NCBI GenBank assembly: GCA_963674755.2
Contig: CAXXVS010000002.1
Coordinates: 1,504,001-1,568,000 of the forward strand
Direction of reading: 5' to 3'
Source: Desulfobacterales bacterium
GTDB taxonomy: Bacteria > Desulfobacterota > Desulfobacteria > Desulfobacterales > UBA5852
Length of the DNA stretch: 64,000 nucleotides
Below are positions 63,043 through 64,000 of the stretch, piece after piece (positions within the stretch are counted from its first letter, which is position 1; each line of letters begins with the position of its first letter). The notes under the pieces are model-generated. The model was not told where the DNA came from, made no database searches, and was given only the letters and a program-made list of their open reading frames with translations. Made by a program: the position numbers and the translations under genes.

Positions 63043-63080
63043 AAGATTATTTTCGTAACTTAGTTAGGCGAGAAGAAAAT

Positions 63081-63659
63081 ATGAAAGTAGAAATTATAAT
63101 ACCACTAATTGGTGTACTTCTTGGTTGGTTTCTAAATGAAATCAGTCAGGCAATTAGACAAAGCAGAGAAAATAAACCCTTTTTGGCACAAGCTATTGGT
63201 TCAATTTGTTGCATTTTATTCATACTTGAACGTAAAAGAAACTATTTAAACAGTGCTATCTACGCGGGAAAGCTCAGCGAGCACGGACACGAATTTTTAA
63301 ACTCTATCCTGCAAAACAAAGAAAATGAAATTAGAACCATAAGGGAAAAATCAGTATCAGCTGTTTCAAACCTAGACAAATTTGAACCTTTTATCTCACA
63401 TGAGTTAGACTTTTTCATGTTATATGCCTTAGATCTTGATGAAAAGATACAAAATAAATTACATAATATTGAAACGAACCTTGAAGAAATTCAGCGATTA
63501 GTAAGAGAGTTGAATATTGCTATTAAAAAATTTCATTTTATTATAAAGAAACTGACGTTAAAGCACAGCGTCTCAATGTATTTTAAGTATAGATGTGAAG
63601 CAAGAAAGAATAATAGTGACAAGATAGATTCTTTTGTTGAGGTATTCCAGCAAATTTAA
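63081..63659 (+). CDS. Hypothetical cassette protein, N-terminal TM helix plus helical domain
   Basis: IIPLIGVLLGWFLNE; preceded by the core-like GTTAGGC (63063-63069). Confidence 0.78.
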   Translation: MKVEIIIPLIGVLLGWFLNEISQAIRQSRENKPFLAQAIGSICCILFILERKRNYLNSAIYAGKLSEHGHEFLNSILQNKENEIRTIREKSVSAVSNLDKFEPFISHELDFFMLYALDLDEKIQNKLHNIETNLEEIQRLVRELNIAIKKFHFIIKKLTLKHSVSMYFKYRCEARKNNSDKIDSFVEVFQQI

Positions 63660-63674
63660 AGAATAAGAGCCATT

Positions 63675-63747
63675 GGGTCAGATATCAACATTTTACGAAC
63701 CAGAAATTATGGCTCGAACTAAATTGTCAAATTATTTGATCTAACAC
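63675..63747. repeat. Junction hairpin repeat, copy D
   Basis: GGGTCAGATATCAACATTTTACGAACCAGAAATTATGGCTCGAACTAAATTGTCAAATTATTTGATCTAACAC. Confidence 0.82.
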
Positions 63748-63812
63748 GGATTCTTTTTTGAGATACGAAGCGCATTTCTTTTCTATTTTCCGAACTCGAT
63801 ATGGAGTAACAA

Positions 63813-64000
63813 ATGAAATGTTTCATTATCATGCCAATTACCACTCCTGCTGAGTGGGCACATCATTATGGCAACGATCCTGACCACTTCTCAAACGTCA
63901 TAGAGTATCTTTTCATTCCTGCAATTAAAGCGGCAAATATGGAACCTATACCACCTAGTTCCGAAGCCTCCCAGATAATCCATTCTGATATTATTTCAAA
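63813..64000 (+). CDS. Nucleoside 2-deoxyribosyltransferase-like domain protein (3' end outside window; not in the ORF track)
   Basis: GGAG RBS; MKCFIIMPITTPAEWAHHYGNDPDHFSNVIEYLFIPAIKAANMEPIPPSSEASQIIHSDIIS. Confidence 0.7.
   Translation, partial: MKCFIIMPITTPAEWAHHYGNDPDHFSNVIEYLFIPAIKAANMEPIPPSSEASQIIHSDIIS

Larger units (their letters stand above)
58150..64000 (+). mobile_element. AT-rich gene-cassette array / accessory island (continues past the window)
   Basis: Abrupt drop in GC after the SDR gene; all genes on the + strand; repeats at gene junctions; left boundary approximate. Confidence 0.85.

Noticed and set aside
58656..63747. Junction repeats as a CRISPR array
   Set aside because: The repeats are >70 bp, degenerate and separated by whole genes; no cas genes are present.

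Overview
About 58 kb of GC-rich bacterial chromosome, then an abrupt switch at ~58.2 kb to an AT-rich accessory region that runs off the end of the window. The gene content (rubrerythrins, flavoredoxin-like protein, several PAS hybrid kinases, sigma54 activators) suggests an anaerobic deltaproteobacterium/Desulfobacterota; this is inference only. The core part encodes aceA, a PatB/MalY lyase, two bactofilins, a Trk/Ktr K+ transporter, TPM proteins, a MetE-like enzyme, menA, ettA, typA, a psp operon, three hybrid kinases, a sigma54-driven receiver-MCP-cheW operon and gspA/gspB. It also carries at least four copies of a MITE-like element. The most notable feature is the AT-rich tail: an array of at least seven co-oriented, unrelated single genes, several resembling defence effectors (HEPN/MtlR-like, Abi-alpha/DUF4393, nucleoside deoxyribosyltransferase-like). 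The array shows two superimposed signatures. (1) Integron-cassette marks: one intact attC, and three genes bracketed by exactly complementary 7-bp GTT.../...AAC cores. (2) A separate family of ~73-130 bp GGGTC...GACCC hairpins at most gene junctions, some located where attC sites have been broken. No integrase or transposase is present in the window. All protein calls come from motif recognition by eye, not from database searches.
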